This document shows, piece after piece, positions 24,736-37,023 of a stretch of DNA of 64,000 nt (positions within the stretch are counted from its first letter, which is position 1; each line of letters begins with the position of its first letter). Source of the DNA: Mustelus asterias (lineage: Eukaryota). The translations under genes were made by a program, and so were the position numbers. Below the pieces are notes generated by a model. That model ran no database searches. It was not told where the DNA came from and was given only the letters and a program-made list of their open reading frames with translations. The stretch is taken from NCBI RefSeq assembly GCF_964213995.1, contig NW_027590120.1, forward strand, positions 1,860,001-1,924,000, in the 5' to 3' direction.

Positions 24736-25238
24736 AGAGCTTGCTTGCTGGAGACGCCCGTTTTCTATCGTTTCTGCCAATTTGTTGGCTTCCTGCAAGA
24801 AGGAGGGAGGAAGGTGAGCTATCGCCTGCCTGCCGTCTGCTGGAGGGTGCTCTCTCCCTGGAGGGAGAGAGGGAAAGAGGACACGAAGACACTTTCTTTG
24901 TTTACTTTTTTCCACCTACGGGAGGGAAGAGTGCACAGCCTACTCATAAACATCAGGGGACTGAGTGGGGCTGATGCCCTCATCAGAAGGTCGGTGCCTG
25001 AAAGGGAGGTTTGCGGGGGGGAGAAAATTTAGACTGTTTTCCATCTGCAGTGGGTGGGTGGGGGGGGGTGAAGACACCCTGGACTTAGTTTGCGCCCAAG
25101 AGAGCTGGAAGAGTAAAGTCCCCCCACCCACTGCTGCTGCCCCCAACACCGACACCCACCCCCCCCTCCCCCCTCCTTCCTCCTGACTGGGGCACCGGCC
25201 CTCCTCAGTGCCCTGTCCCTCCTCAGTGCCCTGTCCCT
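24736..25238 (+). mobile_element. Second Tx1 element (B), 5'UTR only
   Basis: Colinear similarity to 13150-13500 (TTGGCTTCCTGCA, CTGGAGGGTG, TTTTCCATCTGCAGTGGG, CCTCCTGACTGGGGCACCGGCC). Confidence 0.75.
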
Positions 25239-25669
25239 TGGGTGCGATCTACACCTGCGTCCTTGCAGATTGCCACTTTACTGAAACCCGGGAATGGCGG
25301 TGATCCGCTTTGCTCCCAAAACAGGTGCAATGGCGATTTAAATTGAATTAATGAACTGCCCGCCCAACTTTCAGCATTTCCCCCTTTACCACCGCGTTTG
25401 CCAATCCGGAACCGCGCCGTAATGGACCTGCTCAATAAAAGTCTGAATCGGGGCTCCAGCTTCTGAAGAGTGCGTTCAGTGTTTCCAACGGCTCTCTGAC
25501 TCAGATCAGTGGTGTGGGGGGGGGGGGGGGGGAGGAGGGTCAGATCATTCTCTGGTTGGGGGGGGGGGGGTGGTGGAGGGTCAGATCATTCTCTGGTTGG
25601 GGGGGGGGGGGTGGAGGAGGAGGACGATCGGTCTGGGTAACGGGGTGGTGGGGGGGGGGGAGGGTGTTT

Positions 25670-25880
25670 GATTCTTTACTCAGGAGAGTGGTTGGGGTGT
25701 GGAATGGACTACCTGCTGTGCTAGTGGAGTTGGACACTTTAGGAACTTTCAAGCGGTTATTGGATAGGCTCATGGAGCACACCAGGATGACAGAGAGTGA
25801 GATAGCTTGATTTTGGTTTTGGACAAAGCTCAGCACAACATCGAGGGCCGAAGGGCCTGTACTGTACTATGTTCTATATA
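25670..25880 (+). mobile_element. CR1 3' end
   Basis: RVVGVWNGLP..TFKRLLD followed by GGGCCGAAGGGCCTGT tail. Confidence 0.75.
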
Positions 25881-26539
25881 ATCCAAGGTTGTCCTCCTCG
25901 CTATTTACCACACCACCAATGACAATTTGTTCAATTATATCACACACCCGTCCCTGCTTTCTGTACCTACATTGTCCTTCCACACAGTGAACACAGATGC
26001 AAAATACTAATTTAGTACCTCAAATACATCTTCGATTTTTTCTTTAGTTCTAACCTTCTGTGGCAACGCACTGCCTCAATCAGACATTGGGACTCAGAGT
26101 TGATGCAGTTTGATGGACAAGTTGTCTCCATTCTGAACAATGGGGAACAAGCTCCTCCCATTCACTGACAATTTGCCCCTTACAAAGATGGTGATCGCCC
26201 ATCCACACATCACCATCTTTATTGGGGGCAGTCATTAAGATCTCAGGGATCTTTGACCTGCTTGATGCAAATGAGGGAACTGGTGAATTTTCTTTCTGCA
26301 CTGTGAAGAAGCTGTGATGTGAGTTCCTGACTGATGGGGAATGATCACAGACAGCAGTTCTTAAAGGGAAATGGCAACCCTGAAAACACAATCAGCTCTA
26401 GATCCAGAATATTAAACTCCAGCCCAGTTACAGGGGTTGTTAACATCAGCAGAAACAAACCTCAGATGTCAGAATGAATGTGGCTCACTCCTGGATGTGA
26501 TTAACAGCAGCAGCTACAGCAGAATCCACTCCCTGCACT

Positions 26540-27350
<811 letters not shown>

Positions 27351-27490
27351 AAAGGAGTTTACAAAACTACTGTCAGTCCAGGATTGAAATTCTGATCAGA
27401 CAAGTCTAATTTCAAAAAGGAACAACTTTTCTGTTCCTGTTGCCCAAAACAGTAAATCTATGTCCCACTCACTCTCCCTCCTCCGAGTTG

Positions 27491-27790
27491 AGGGCAGCAC
27501 GGTGGCAGTGGTTGGCACTGCTGCCTCACAGCACCACAGACCCAAGTTTGATTCCCAGCTTGGGTCACTGTCTGTTTGCACAGTCTCCCCGTGTCTGCAT
27601 GGGTTTTCTCCAAGTGCTCTGGTTTCCTCCCACAGTCCAAACAGGTGCAGGTTAGGTGGATTGGCTATGCTAAATTACCCTTAGTGTCAGGGGGACTAGC
27701 TAGGGTAATGGGGATAGGGTGTGGACGGGATTGTGGTCAGTGCAGACTCGATGGGCTGAATGGCCCCCTTCTGCACTGTCAGATTCTATG
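27491..27790 (+). mobile_element. HE1-type V-SINE
   Basis: Head, V-domain and tail. Confidence 0.8.
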
Positions 27791-27984
27791 AGATCTAAAT
27801 GAAATGTTGCATATTTTTCATGCATCCCAACTACTAATTTTTCCAAATCACTCCAAGGCCTGTTCTTCCCCATCTCTGGAATCACCTCCAGCATTGCTCC
27901 GATTCTGGCTTCCTGCACATTCCCTATTTTAATCACTCCGCCATTAGTGACTAGACCTTCAGTGCACAGGGATGACTTCTCAAA

Positions 27985-28303
27985 GAATTCCTACAGTGCA
28001 GAAGGAAAGCATTTGGCCCATCAAGTCTGCACCAACTCTGAATATTTTACCCCTGATCTACACTTGTAACCCACATTTTTAACCCCACTAATCCACCTTA
28101 CCTGTACATCTTTGTACACGAAGGGGCAATATAGCATGGCCAATCCCCCCAAGCATCACATCTTTGGACAGTGGGAGGCAACTGGAGCATCCAGAGGAAA
28201 CCCACAGTCACAGGGATAACGTGCAAACTCCACACAGACAGTGACCCAGGGCTGGAATCGAACCTGGGTCCCTGGAGCTGTGAGGCAGCAGTGTTAACCA
28301 CCC
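27985..28303 (-). mobile_element. HE1-type V-SINE
   Basis: Reverse-complement head, V-domain and tail. Confidence 0.8.
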
Positions 28304-28489
28304 TGATATTAATGGTGTTTTATCAATAGAAGTTGTTGTTGGCTGTAACCCTAAATTCCAGTTTTACACACAGTTTGTTATTAAATCAATCTGATTTTTT
28401 TTGTCCCCTGTGGGTTATTCATTTGGTTTCACCCCCAAGAAATACAGTGGCTGTGCATGTGTTGTTCCAAATTACCCTCAATAAAGATA

Positions 28490-28690
28490 GCGGATGCGCA
28501 TGCGCTTTGCAGTACGTGGATTCCTATAAAGATGGCGGATATTAACTCGGTCCTGAAGCCTTCGGAAGGCCCAAGGAATTTGCTTTGCTAATTGAGGCCA
28601 ACACCGGGTGTTTATAAAGCCTCGCCACCCACCCAACTCCATTTATGTTTCCAGTTTTATTTCGGGCTCTGCATCCGCACTCAGTCTTTG
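28490..28690. promoter_or_regulatory. Truncated NRF1/YY1 promoter module
   Basis: TGCGCATGCGC (28495) and AAGATGGCGG (28529), upstream of the minus-strand ZNF pseudogene. Confidence 0.5.
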
Positions 28691-30470
28691 TAAACACATT
28701 CCTCTTAGAGTGAAGGGCAAGGCTGGCAGAAGTCAGGAACCCTGGATGACTCGGGTTATTGAGGCCCTGGTCAAGAAGAAGAAAGAGGCACATGACATGC
28801 ATAGGGAGCTGGGATCAAGTGAATCCCTTGGCGTATAGGGGATGTAGGAGTAGAGTTAAGCGATAAATCAGGAGGGCAAAAGGGGGACACAAGATTGTTT
28901 TGGCAGATAAGGCAAAGGAGAATCCAAAGAGCTTCTACAAATACATAAAGGGCAAAAGAGTAACAAGGGAGAGAGTAGGGCCTCTTCAGGATCAACAAGG
29001 TCACCTATGTGAGGATCCACAAGAGACGGGTGAGATCCTATATGAATATTTCTCATCAGTATTTACTGTTGAGAAAAGCATGGAACTTGGGGAAATAGTG
29101 ATGTCTTGAGGAGTGTACATATTACAGAGAAGGAGGTGCTCGAAGTCTTAAAGTGCATCAAGGTAGATAAATCCCCAGGACCTGAAGAAGAGTATCCCAG
29201 AACATTGTGCGAGGCTAGGGAGGAAATTGCAGTTCCCCTAGCTGAGATATTTGAATCATCGATAGTCACGGGTGAGGTGCCTGAAGATTGGAGTGTGGCA
29301 AATGTTGTGCCTTTGTTTAAAAAGGGCTGCAGGGAAAAGCCTGGGAACTACAGGCCAGTGAGCCTCACATCTGTGGTGGGTAAATTGTTGGAAGGTATTT
29401 TGATCCACAGGCATTTAGAGACGCAAGGACTGATTAGGGACAGTTCTGCATAGCTTTGAGTGGAAAATCATGTCTCACAAACTTGACTGAGTTTTTTTGA
29501 AGGGGTAACCAAGAAGGTAGATGAGGGGAGTGCAGTTGATGTTATCGACAAAGACTTTAAAGCAAGGCCTTTGACAAGGTACCACACGGTAGGTTGTTAC
29601 ACAAGGTTAAATCTCACGGGATCCAGGGTGAGGTGTCTAAATGGATACAAAATTGGCTTCTTGACAGAATAAGAAGTCTCACAACACCAGGTTAAAGTCC
29701 AACAGGTTTATTTGGTAGCCAATACCATAAGCTTTCGGAGCACTGCTCCTTCGTGGAGCAGTGCTCCGAAAGCTTATGGTATTTGCTACCAAATAAACCT
29801 GTTGGACTTTAACCTGGTGTTGTGAGACTTCTTATTGTGTTCACCCCAGTCCAACGCCAGCATCTCCACATCATGACTTCTTGACAGAAGCCAGAGGATG
29901 GGTTGTAGTGAATTGTTTTTCAAACGGGAGGACTGTGACCAGCGGTGTGCCTCAGGGATCAGTGCTGGGTCCACTGTTATTTGTCATTTATATTCATGAT
30001 TTGGATGAGAATATGGGCGGCGTGGTTAGTAAGTTTGCAGATGACACTAAGATTAGTGGCATAATGGACAGTGAAGAGAGTTATCTTGATCAATTGGACC
30101 AGTGGGCTGACGAATGGCAGATGGAGTTTAATTTGGAGAAATGCGAGGTGATGCATCTTGGTAGATCGAACCAGGGCAGGACTTACTCAGTTCAGGAGAG
30201 TTATAGAACAAAGATCATGGGGTACAGGTTCATAGCTCCTCGAAAGTGGAGTCACAGATGGACAGAGTGGTGAAGAAGGCATTTGGCATGCTTGGTTTCA
30301 TCGGTCAGAACATTGAATGCAGAAGTTGGCACAATTTGTTGAAGTTGTACAAGACATTGGTAAGACCACATTTGGAATACTGTGTACAGTTGTGGTCACC
30401 CTATTATAGGAAGGATAATATTAAACTAGAAAGTGTGCAGAGAAGTTTTACGAGGATGCTACCAGGACTT
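28690..30470 (+). mobile_element. CR1 ORF2 fragment, defective
   Basis: KENPKSFYKY, KSPGP, NYRPVSLTS, GVPQGSVLGP, KFADD, RPHLEY motifs. Confidence 0.9.
29670..29876. mobile_element. Penelope-derived fold-back insertion with 13-bp target duplication
   Basis: Same sequence family as 11889-12010; CTTCTTGACAGAA at 29657-29669 and 29877-29889. Confidence 0.85.
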
Positions 30471-31196
30471 GGTGTGAATGACAAGGAGGCGCTGGATTGA
30501 GGGAGGGGAGAGGAGGGTAGGGAAGGCAGGCCCCAGCTCCCCCACTCTCAGGGCACTGAGCTGCGCCTGCCTCCCCACAGGCAGCACTAACTCCAGGCCC
30601 AAGTGGGCAGGAGGCGGTGAAGCGGATCCTTACCTGGGAGGCACTGACACATTTCCCCCAGGGCTGTGCAGGGCAGGATATCTCAGTGCAGGGGGCCCCA
30701 CTCTCTGAGCCACAGCCCAAGGCACTGACCAGTCCTTCCACACCAACCTAACCTGCTGGCACCAGAGGACCTGCAATTTTCTCCCGAGCCTCCCACTCCA
30801 TCAAGTCCTGGGGATTTATCTACCTTGATGTACTTTAAGACTTCCAGCACCTCCTTCTCTGCAGCACTATTTTAACCTCAATGAATATAAAATAACATTG
30901 TTAGCTATTGAGATAAATTAATTTTAAAAAAAACACAAATTGCAAATTGATGATCTGCTATGTTAAATTCTCCTGTGGGACTAGAGATTTAGAAACTTTT
31001 ACTTTATCTCCTCTCTCTCCCCTTGACTCTGGCTGGATTCAATCACAGTCACTGGTTCCTCTCATTCTGTCTTTCCCTGATTCTGAATATTCATTGTTTT
31101 ACAGAATGATACAGCACAGATTGAAACCATTCAGCTCAGCATGCCTGGAAGATCTATCCAATAAATTCAATAGCCCTGTTGGCAAAGTCAGAATAA

Positions 31197-31740
31197 TAAG
31201 GCCACACTTGGAATACTGTGTGCAGTTCTGGTCACGCTATTATAGAAAGGATATTAAACTAGAAAGAGTGCAGAAGAGATTTACTAGGATGCTACCAGGA
31301 CTTGATGGTTTGAGTTATAAGGATAGACTGGGACTTTTTTCTCTGGAGCATAGGAGGCTGAGGGGTGATCTTATAGAGGTCTATAAAATAATGAGGGACA
31401 CAGATCAGCGAGATAGTCAATATCTTTTCCCAAAGGTAGGGGAGTCTAAAACTAGAGGGCATAGGTTTAAGGTGAGAGGGGAGAGATACAGAAGTGTCCA
31501 GAGGGACATTTTTTTCACAGAGGGTGGTGAGTGTCTGGAACAAGCTGCCAGAGGCAGTAGTAGAGGTGGGTACAAATTTATCTTTTAAAAAGCATTGAGA
31601 CAGTGACATGGGTACAATGGGTACAGAGGGATATGGGCCAAACACGGGCAATTGGGACTAGCTTAGGGGTTTTAAAAAGTGCAGCATGGACAAGTTGGGC
31701 CGAAGGGCCTGTTTCCAGGCTGTAAACCTCTGACTCTATA
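31197..31740 (+). mobile_element. CR1 3' end
   Basis: RPHLEYCVQFWS..LERVQKRFTRM..RLRGDLIEVYKI and tail. Confidence 0.85.
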
Positions 31741-32835
31741 AAAATCCCCATTTAAAACCCGCTCGCTCGAGCCGCCTTACCGTCTGCCGCAGGCACTGCG
31801 CATGCTCCAGCTCCCAAACCAGGATGGGGCCGTTAACCTGGGCCTGTTCCCGGGAGGGAGGGAGGGAGAAGCCCCGCAGCTGCAAACCAGGGAGCTGACA
31901 ATGATTCTGAAGGGTTTGCGGATCCTCCCCAATCTCCAACCGCCGGCTCCGCCGCTGCGATATTGACTCCGCCCCCACCAGGTTTTATCTGAGTGTTGGG
32001 CCTCCAGCCCCGCCCCTCATTCACTCTGATTGGTTGGAGGACCAGCCACTCCCGCTCGGTCCTCCAGCCCCGCCCCTCATTCACTCCGATTGGTTGGAGG
32101 ACCAGCCGCTCCCGCTCGGTCCTCCAGCCCCGCCCCCTCTTCCTATTGGTCCGGAGTTGCCGTCAATCAGTCCCCGGGCATTGTGATGTGGAGCATGCGC
32201 AGTGTCATTGCTGTCCTTGGCGCTTGTTTGTCCCGGAGAAGCGGAGTCAGCGTTAGGCGGTGGCTGGGAGGATTTGGAAACACTTTGTGGATCCGCAAAC
32301 CCTTCAGAATCATTGTCAGCTCCCTGGTTTGCAGCTGCGGGGCTTCTCCCTCCCTCCCTCCCGGGAACAGGCCCAGGTTAACGGCCCCATCCTGGCTCAG
32401 CCACTGGAGGATGGTTCACATCAGAGGATGGGGGAGGGGGACAATAAATAAGAGGTTACACTTTGGCCTCAAATCAATGAGGACTCTGATCTCTGGGAAG
32501 GAAGGAAACCCTGGGAGGTGGGCGGGGAGGATTCACAAACACCCGCTGGAGGCCCCAACACCCCCACTAAGACCCATTGGTTTTATTGTCAGTCTGCAGA
32601 CAGGAGCTGGAGAACTGAACCCAGACAGAGGAGAGGGAGGGAGAAAACTGGGAGTGAAGGAAAGAAATGGTGAGATGGGTTTGGATTTCAGCCCAGGGAG
32701 GAGGGAGAGTGTGTGGGACGGGGATTTACAGATTTGGGGGAACAAGAGAGAAAAAATGTTCCAGAGAAACTAGAATTATCTGTTTTGATTTGTTTTCCTA
32801 TACTGACAGTGGTTTTGTAAACTTCTTTCGCAGAA
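31740..32835 (+). promoter_or_regulatory. Promoter and 5' exon/intron region of the ZNF gene at 33198
   Basis: CpG-rich; GC boxes, ATTGG boxes, GCATGCGCA; donor-like G|GTGAGA near 32670, branch TACTGAC and acceptor TTTCGCAG ending at 32833. Confidence 0.65.
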
Positions 32836-33197
32836 TATTTGAAGTGGAAGTTTTACAGACAGGAAACTCAAATCAAAATTCTTACTAATATTTCACAGTT
32901 GCTCAATTTATTAGCATATGAACACCTTCAACCTTTGAATGTGGGAGGAGAAATGTTTCTCTGTTCTGTCTGTGGGAAAAGATTTCAAACATCAGTGTGA
33001 CTGGAAAAGCACCGAGACACATGCACACACTGGAGTGAGCGCGTTCCAGTGAACTGACTGTGGAAAGAGCTTTAACCAGTTACACAGCTTGAAAAAATAT
33101 CGCACCACTCAAAGTGAGGTGAAACTGTACATGTTCTGTGTACAGATGAATCTTGAACTGATTGTCCAACCCGGAGAGACACAAGGATACTGGCACC

Positions 33198-33788
33198 ATG
33201 GAGAAAAGATGGAAATGTGCGGACTGTGGGAAGGGATTCCGTTGCCCGTCTGACCTAGAAACTCATCAACGGGTTCACACTGGGGAGAGACCATTCACCT
33301 GTTCCACGTGTGGGCAGGGATTTAGCAAGTCATCCACACTGCAGTCACACCTGCGTGTTCACACTGGAGAGAGGCCATTCATCTGCTCTGTGTGTGGGAA
33401 AGGATTCACTCAGTCAACCAACTTGCTGACACACCATCGAGTTCACACCAAGGAGAGACCATTTACTTGCTCTGAGTGTGGGAAGGGATTCACTCAGTCA
33501 TCCAACCTGCTAATACACCAGCGAGTTCACACTGGAGAGAAGTCATTCACCTGCTTTGAGTGTGGGAAGAGATTCACACAGTCATCCAACCTGCTGATAC
33601 ACCAGCGAATTCACACTGGAGAGAGACCGTTCCCCTGCTCTGCATGCGGGAAGGGATTCAGCAGATTATCTATCCTGCAGGAGCACCAGCGCGTTCACAC
33701 CAGGGAGAGGCCATTCACCTGCTCTGTTTGTGGGCAGAGATTTACTTGGTCCTCCCTGCTGCTGAGACACAGGCGAGTTCACAAGTGA
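33198..33788 (+). CDS. C2H2 zinc-finger protein, 7 fingers, no effector domain seen
   Basis: Kozak CACCATGG; seven intact CxxC..HxxxH units with TGERP-type linkers. Confidence 0.85.
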   Translation: MEKRWKCADCGKGFRCPSDLETHQRVHTGERPFTCSTCGQGFSKSSTLQSHLRVHTGERPFICSVCGKGFTQSTNLLTHHRVHTKERPFTCSECGKGFTQSSNLLIHQRVHTGEKSFTCFECGKRFTQSSNLLIHQRIHTGERPFPCSACGKGFSRLSILQEHQRVHTRERPFTCSVCGQRFTWSSLLLRHRRVHK

Positions 33789-34084
33789 CTGCATGAGTTG
33801 GATTCTGTTGTTATTGCTGCTGCTAATCGCATCCAGGACTGAAACATGTTTATTCATACAGGATGTTGATGGGAAGTGTGTGTCTGCCCCATTGTTTGGA
33901 GTGAATTGAAATTATGAGTTGAACCATCGAATCCCTATGGTGCAGAAGGAGGCCTTTCAGCCCATCAAATCTGCACTGACTCTTTGGTAAAGGAATCTGT
34001 TATTGTTCGTGTTGTTTCCAAGTTACCCATTAGTCATGTAGATTTTATACTGGGAAATGACATAGTTCACAGTATAGTGTTTAG

Positions 34085-34505
34085 AAACAGAGAAAATAGA
34101 AACAGGAATAAGTCATTCGGCCCTTCGAGCCTGCTCCACCATTCATTTTGATCATAGCTGATCATCAATTTCAATATCCTGATCCCGCCTTGCTCCCTTT
34201 AGCCCCAAGAGCTATATCTAATTTCTTCTTGAAATCACGCAATGTTTTGGCCTCAACTACTTTCTATGGTAATGAATTCCACAGATTCACCACCCTCTGG
34301 ATGAAGATGTTTCTCTTCACCTCAGTCCCGTTCTGGACTCCCCCACCATCCGGAACATGCTTCCTGAATCTACCCTGTCTAATCCTGTTAGAATTTTATA
34401 TGTTTCTATGAGATCCCCTTTCACTTTTCTAAACCCCAATGAATATCATCCTAACCGACTTAATCTCTCCTCATATGACAGACCTGCCATCCCAGGAATC
34501 AGCCT
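34085..34505 (-). mobile_element. CR1 3' end
   Basis: Reverse-complement C-terminal motifs and tail. Confidence 0.7.
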
Positions 34506-34727
34506 GATAAACCACAACCAGAAACAGTGTACCATTGTTCAGAAGTTATCCATGAGTAAAAACTCCTCAACGATTTGTATTCCAGTTAAAGAATTGATTC
34601 AAATAAAAATGCTGATGTATCCACCCCAGTAATAGACAAAGGACTTAAGGCCTCATCGTGACTTTGAAGGGTTATTAACACTAAACATTGAATTAAATGT
34701 GCTTGTTAGTGCTGAGATAATATAGGA

Positions 34728-35008
34728 TCAGAATTGAACACTATATTCCAAGTGCGGCCTAACTAAGGTTCTATAAAGCTGCAACATGACTTGCCAATTT
34801 TTAAACTCAATACCCCGGCCGATGAAGGCAAGCATGCCGTATGCCTTCTTGACTACCTTCTCCACCTGCATTGCCACTTTCAATGACCTGTGTACCTGTA
34901 TACCCAGATCCCTTTGCCTTTCAATACTCTTAAGGGTTCTGCCATTTACTGTATATTTCCTATCTGTATTAGACCTTCCAAAATGCATTACCTCACATTT
35001 GTCCGGAA
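34728..35008 (-). mobile_element. CR1 ORF2 fragment
   Basis: PDKCEVMHFG..RDLGIQV..RPHLEY. Confidence 0.85.
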
Positions 35009-35367
35009 TAATAAAGGATAACATTCCATTTGTCAGAACTTTTATTTATTTGAAATAAGATTTATGTTTACAATAACCTCCCTAATAGTAAATCACACCA
35101 GGTTCCAGTGTCTTAACCATATGGCAAGAAAGAACACTTTAAATGGTGAATTCAGAAACTTTATTAATCATTAAAAATGTAACAAGTCAGAAAGATAAAA
35201 AACAGAGTGTCGATTAACAGTTAATAGAGAAAGTTTAACATTAACAATTGAACAGACTTCCCTCCATCCCTCTCAGACCAGGACATGAAATGACCGCTCC
35301 AAAAACATGGATAACTTGTAAAACCAACAGCTCTCCACATCTCTCTGTAAACATCTCTCCCTCCCTT

Positions 35368-35705
35368 AGGGCGGCACGGTAGCACAGTGGTTAGCACTGC
35401 TGCTTCACAGCTCCAGGGTCCCGGGTTTGATTCTCGGCTCAGGTCACTGTCTGTGTGGAGTTTGCACATTCTCCTCGTGTCTGTGTGGGTTTCCTCCGGG
35501 TGCTCCGGTTTCCTCCCACAGTCCAAAGATGTGCGGGTTAGGTTGATTGGCCAGGTTAAAAAAAAATTGTCCCTGAGATGCGTAGTTAGAGGGATTAGCG
35601 GGTAAATATGTGGGGGTAGGGCCTGGGTGGGATTGTGGTTGGTGCAGACTCGATGGGCCAAATGGCCTCCTTCTGCACTGTAGGGTTTCTATGATTCTAT
35701 GATTC
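35368..35705 (+). mobile_element. HE1-type V-SINE, young full-length copy
   Basis: Complete head to (ATTCTATG)n tail. Confidence 0.9.
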
Positions 35706-36009
35706 CACCTCTCTTGACCAAATTGCCTTCTCAAGACCACTTTTTTATACTTTAAAAATGTTAAAAAGCCCATCTTAGCCAATTCCCATAAATCTTCAAT
35801 TATAAACTAAAATAGACACATGAGTTTTCAGGCGATTTAAAAACAAATGAACTGTCTGCTGAAAGGGTTAACTTTTCTACAGAACCTAAAGGGGTGGGGA
35901 GTGAGCAGCAAAAACTTGGCACACAATTACATCACTTTACACAAGTTTAAAACAAAACAAATGATTTTAAACTTCATCTATTAATTTTTTTTGTTTTTTT
36001 TTTGTTATA

Positions 36010-36263
36010 TCCCGGCTCGGGTCACTGTCTGTGTGGAGTTTGCACATTCTCCCTGTGTCTGCGTGGGTTTCCTCCGGGTGCTCCGGTTTCCTCCCACAGT
36101 CCAAAGATGTGCGGGCGAGGTTGATTGGCCATTCTAAACTGCATAGGTTAGAGGGGTTAGTGGGTAAATATGTAGGGATATGGGGGTAGGGCCTGGGTGG
36201 GATTGTGGTTGGTGCAGACTCGATGGGCCGAATGGCCTCTTTCTGCACTGTAGGATTCTATGA
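36010..36263 (+). mobile_element. HE1-type V-SINE, 5' truncated
   Basis: V-domain and tail. Confidence 0.85.
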
Positions 36264-36476
36264 TATTCCTCAATCTATTTAATTTGATCAGTTTTTGTGA
36301 GGGATGGTAACTTCTGTTCTTTATAAACTGATTCACTCATTTTGTTTATTCTACATGGGCTCAGAGAATCAGAACCCAGACTTTATCATCCTTATCCTTT
36401 TTCTCCCTTTGCCACCACTCCCTCTGTTTTGCGGGAGGGTCGTGGGGATTCCAATCAGACTTAATCATTTTATCAT

Positions 36477-36653
36477 AAAAGTGAAATACTGCGGATACTG
36501 GAATCTGAAACAAAACAGAAAATGCTGGAAAATCTCAGCAGGTCTGACAGTATCTGTGGAGAGAGAATAGAGCCAATGTTTCGAGTCTGGATGACCCTTT
36601 ATAAGAGCTTTTATGAAGTGTCATCCAGACTCGAAAGATTGGCTCTATTCTCT
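36477..36653. mobile_element. Penelope-type terminal fragment with palindromic double hammerhead relic
   Basis: 92-bp imperfect palindrome 36562-36653 centred on GAGCT; each arm is a decayed CTGATGA-GGGTC..GACTC-GAAAC. Confidence 0.55.
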
Positions 36654-37023
36654 AATAATTTTAATCGATAAGTTTCTTGTTCTTAGTTTCCAAATGGCAG
36701 GTAAGAGACCTGTCCGGTCCCCACTTGAGCTCTGATTTTTCACTGGCCATGCTTGGGTAAGATTATAACCATTAGAATCTACTCTCAGAGATCTGCTTTT
36801 CAGTCCAGTGCTACTTGGAGTATACCATCACTTCACCGACTATCAGGTCACAAGTCCCTCACAGTTCTTATCACAAATTTATGATAAAATAATTTAAACA
36901 TGCCTGAGAACGCTTCTTGACTTCTTAGTCAGCTACCTACCACCGTTTGTTGATTAGTCAGACCCCATTTTTACAGATTCCAGGTTTCTCAGCCGCTGAA
37001 CACCAGCCGGTCCTGCAATAATC

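Noticed and set aside
25514-25665. G-run repeats with G-quadruplex potential
   Set aside because: Short low-complexity segment, probably part of an unidentified repeat; homopolymer lengths are unreliable.
32998-33000. Selenocysteine recoding of the conserved TGA
   Set aside because: No SECIS recognised by eye, and the surrounding fossil fingers have frameshifts in most copies.
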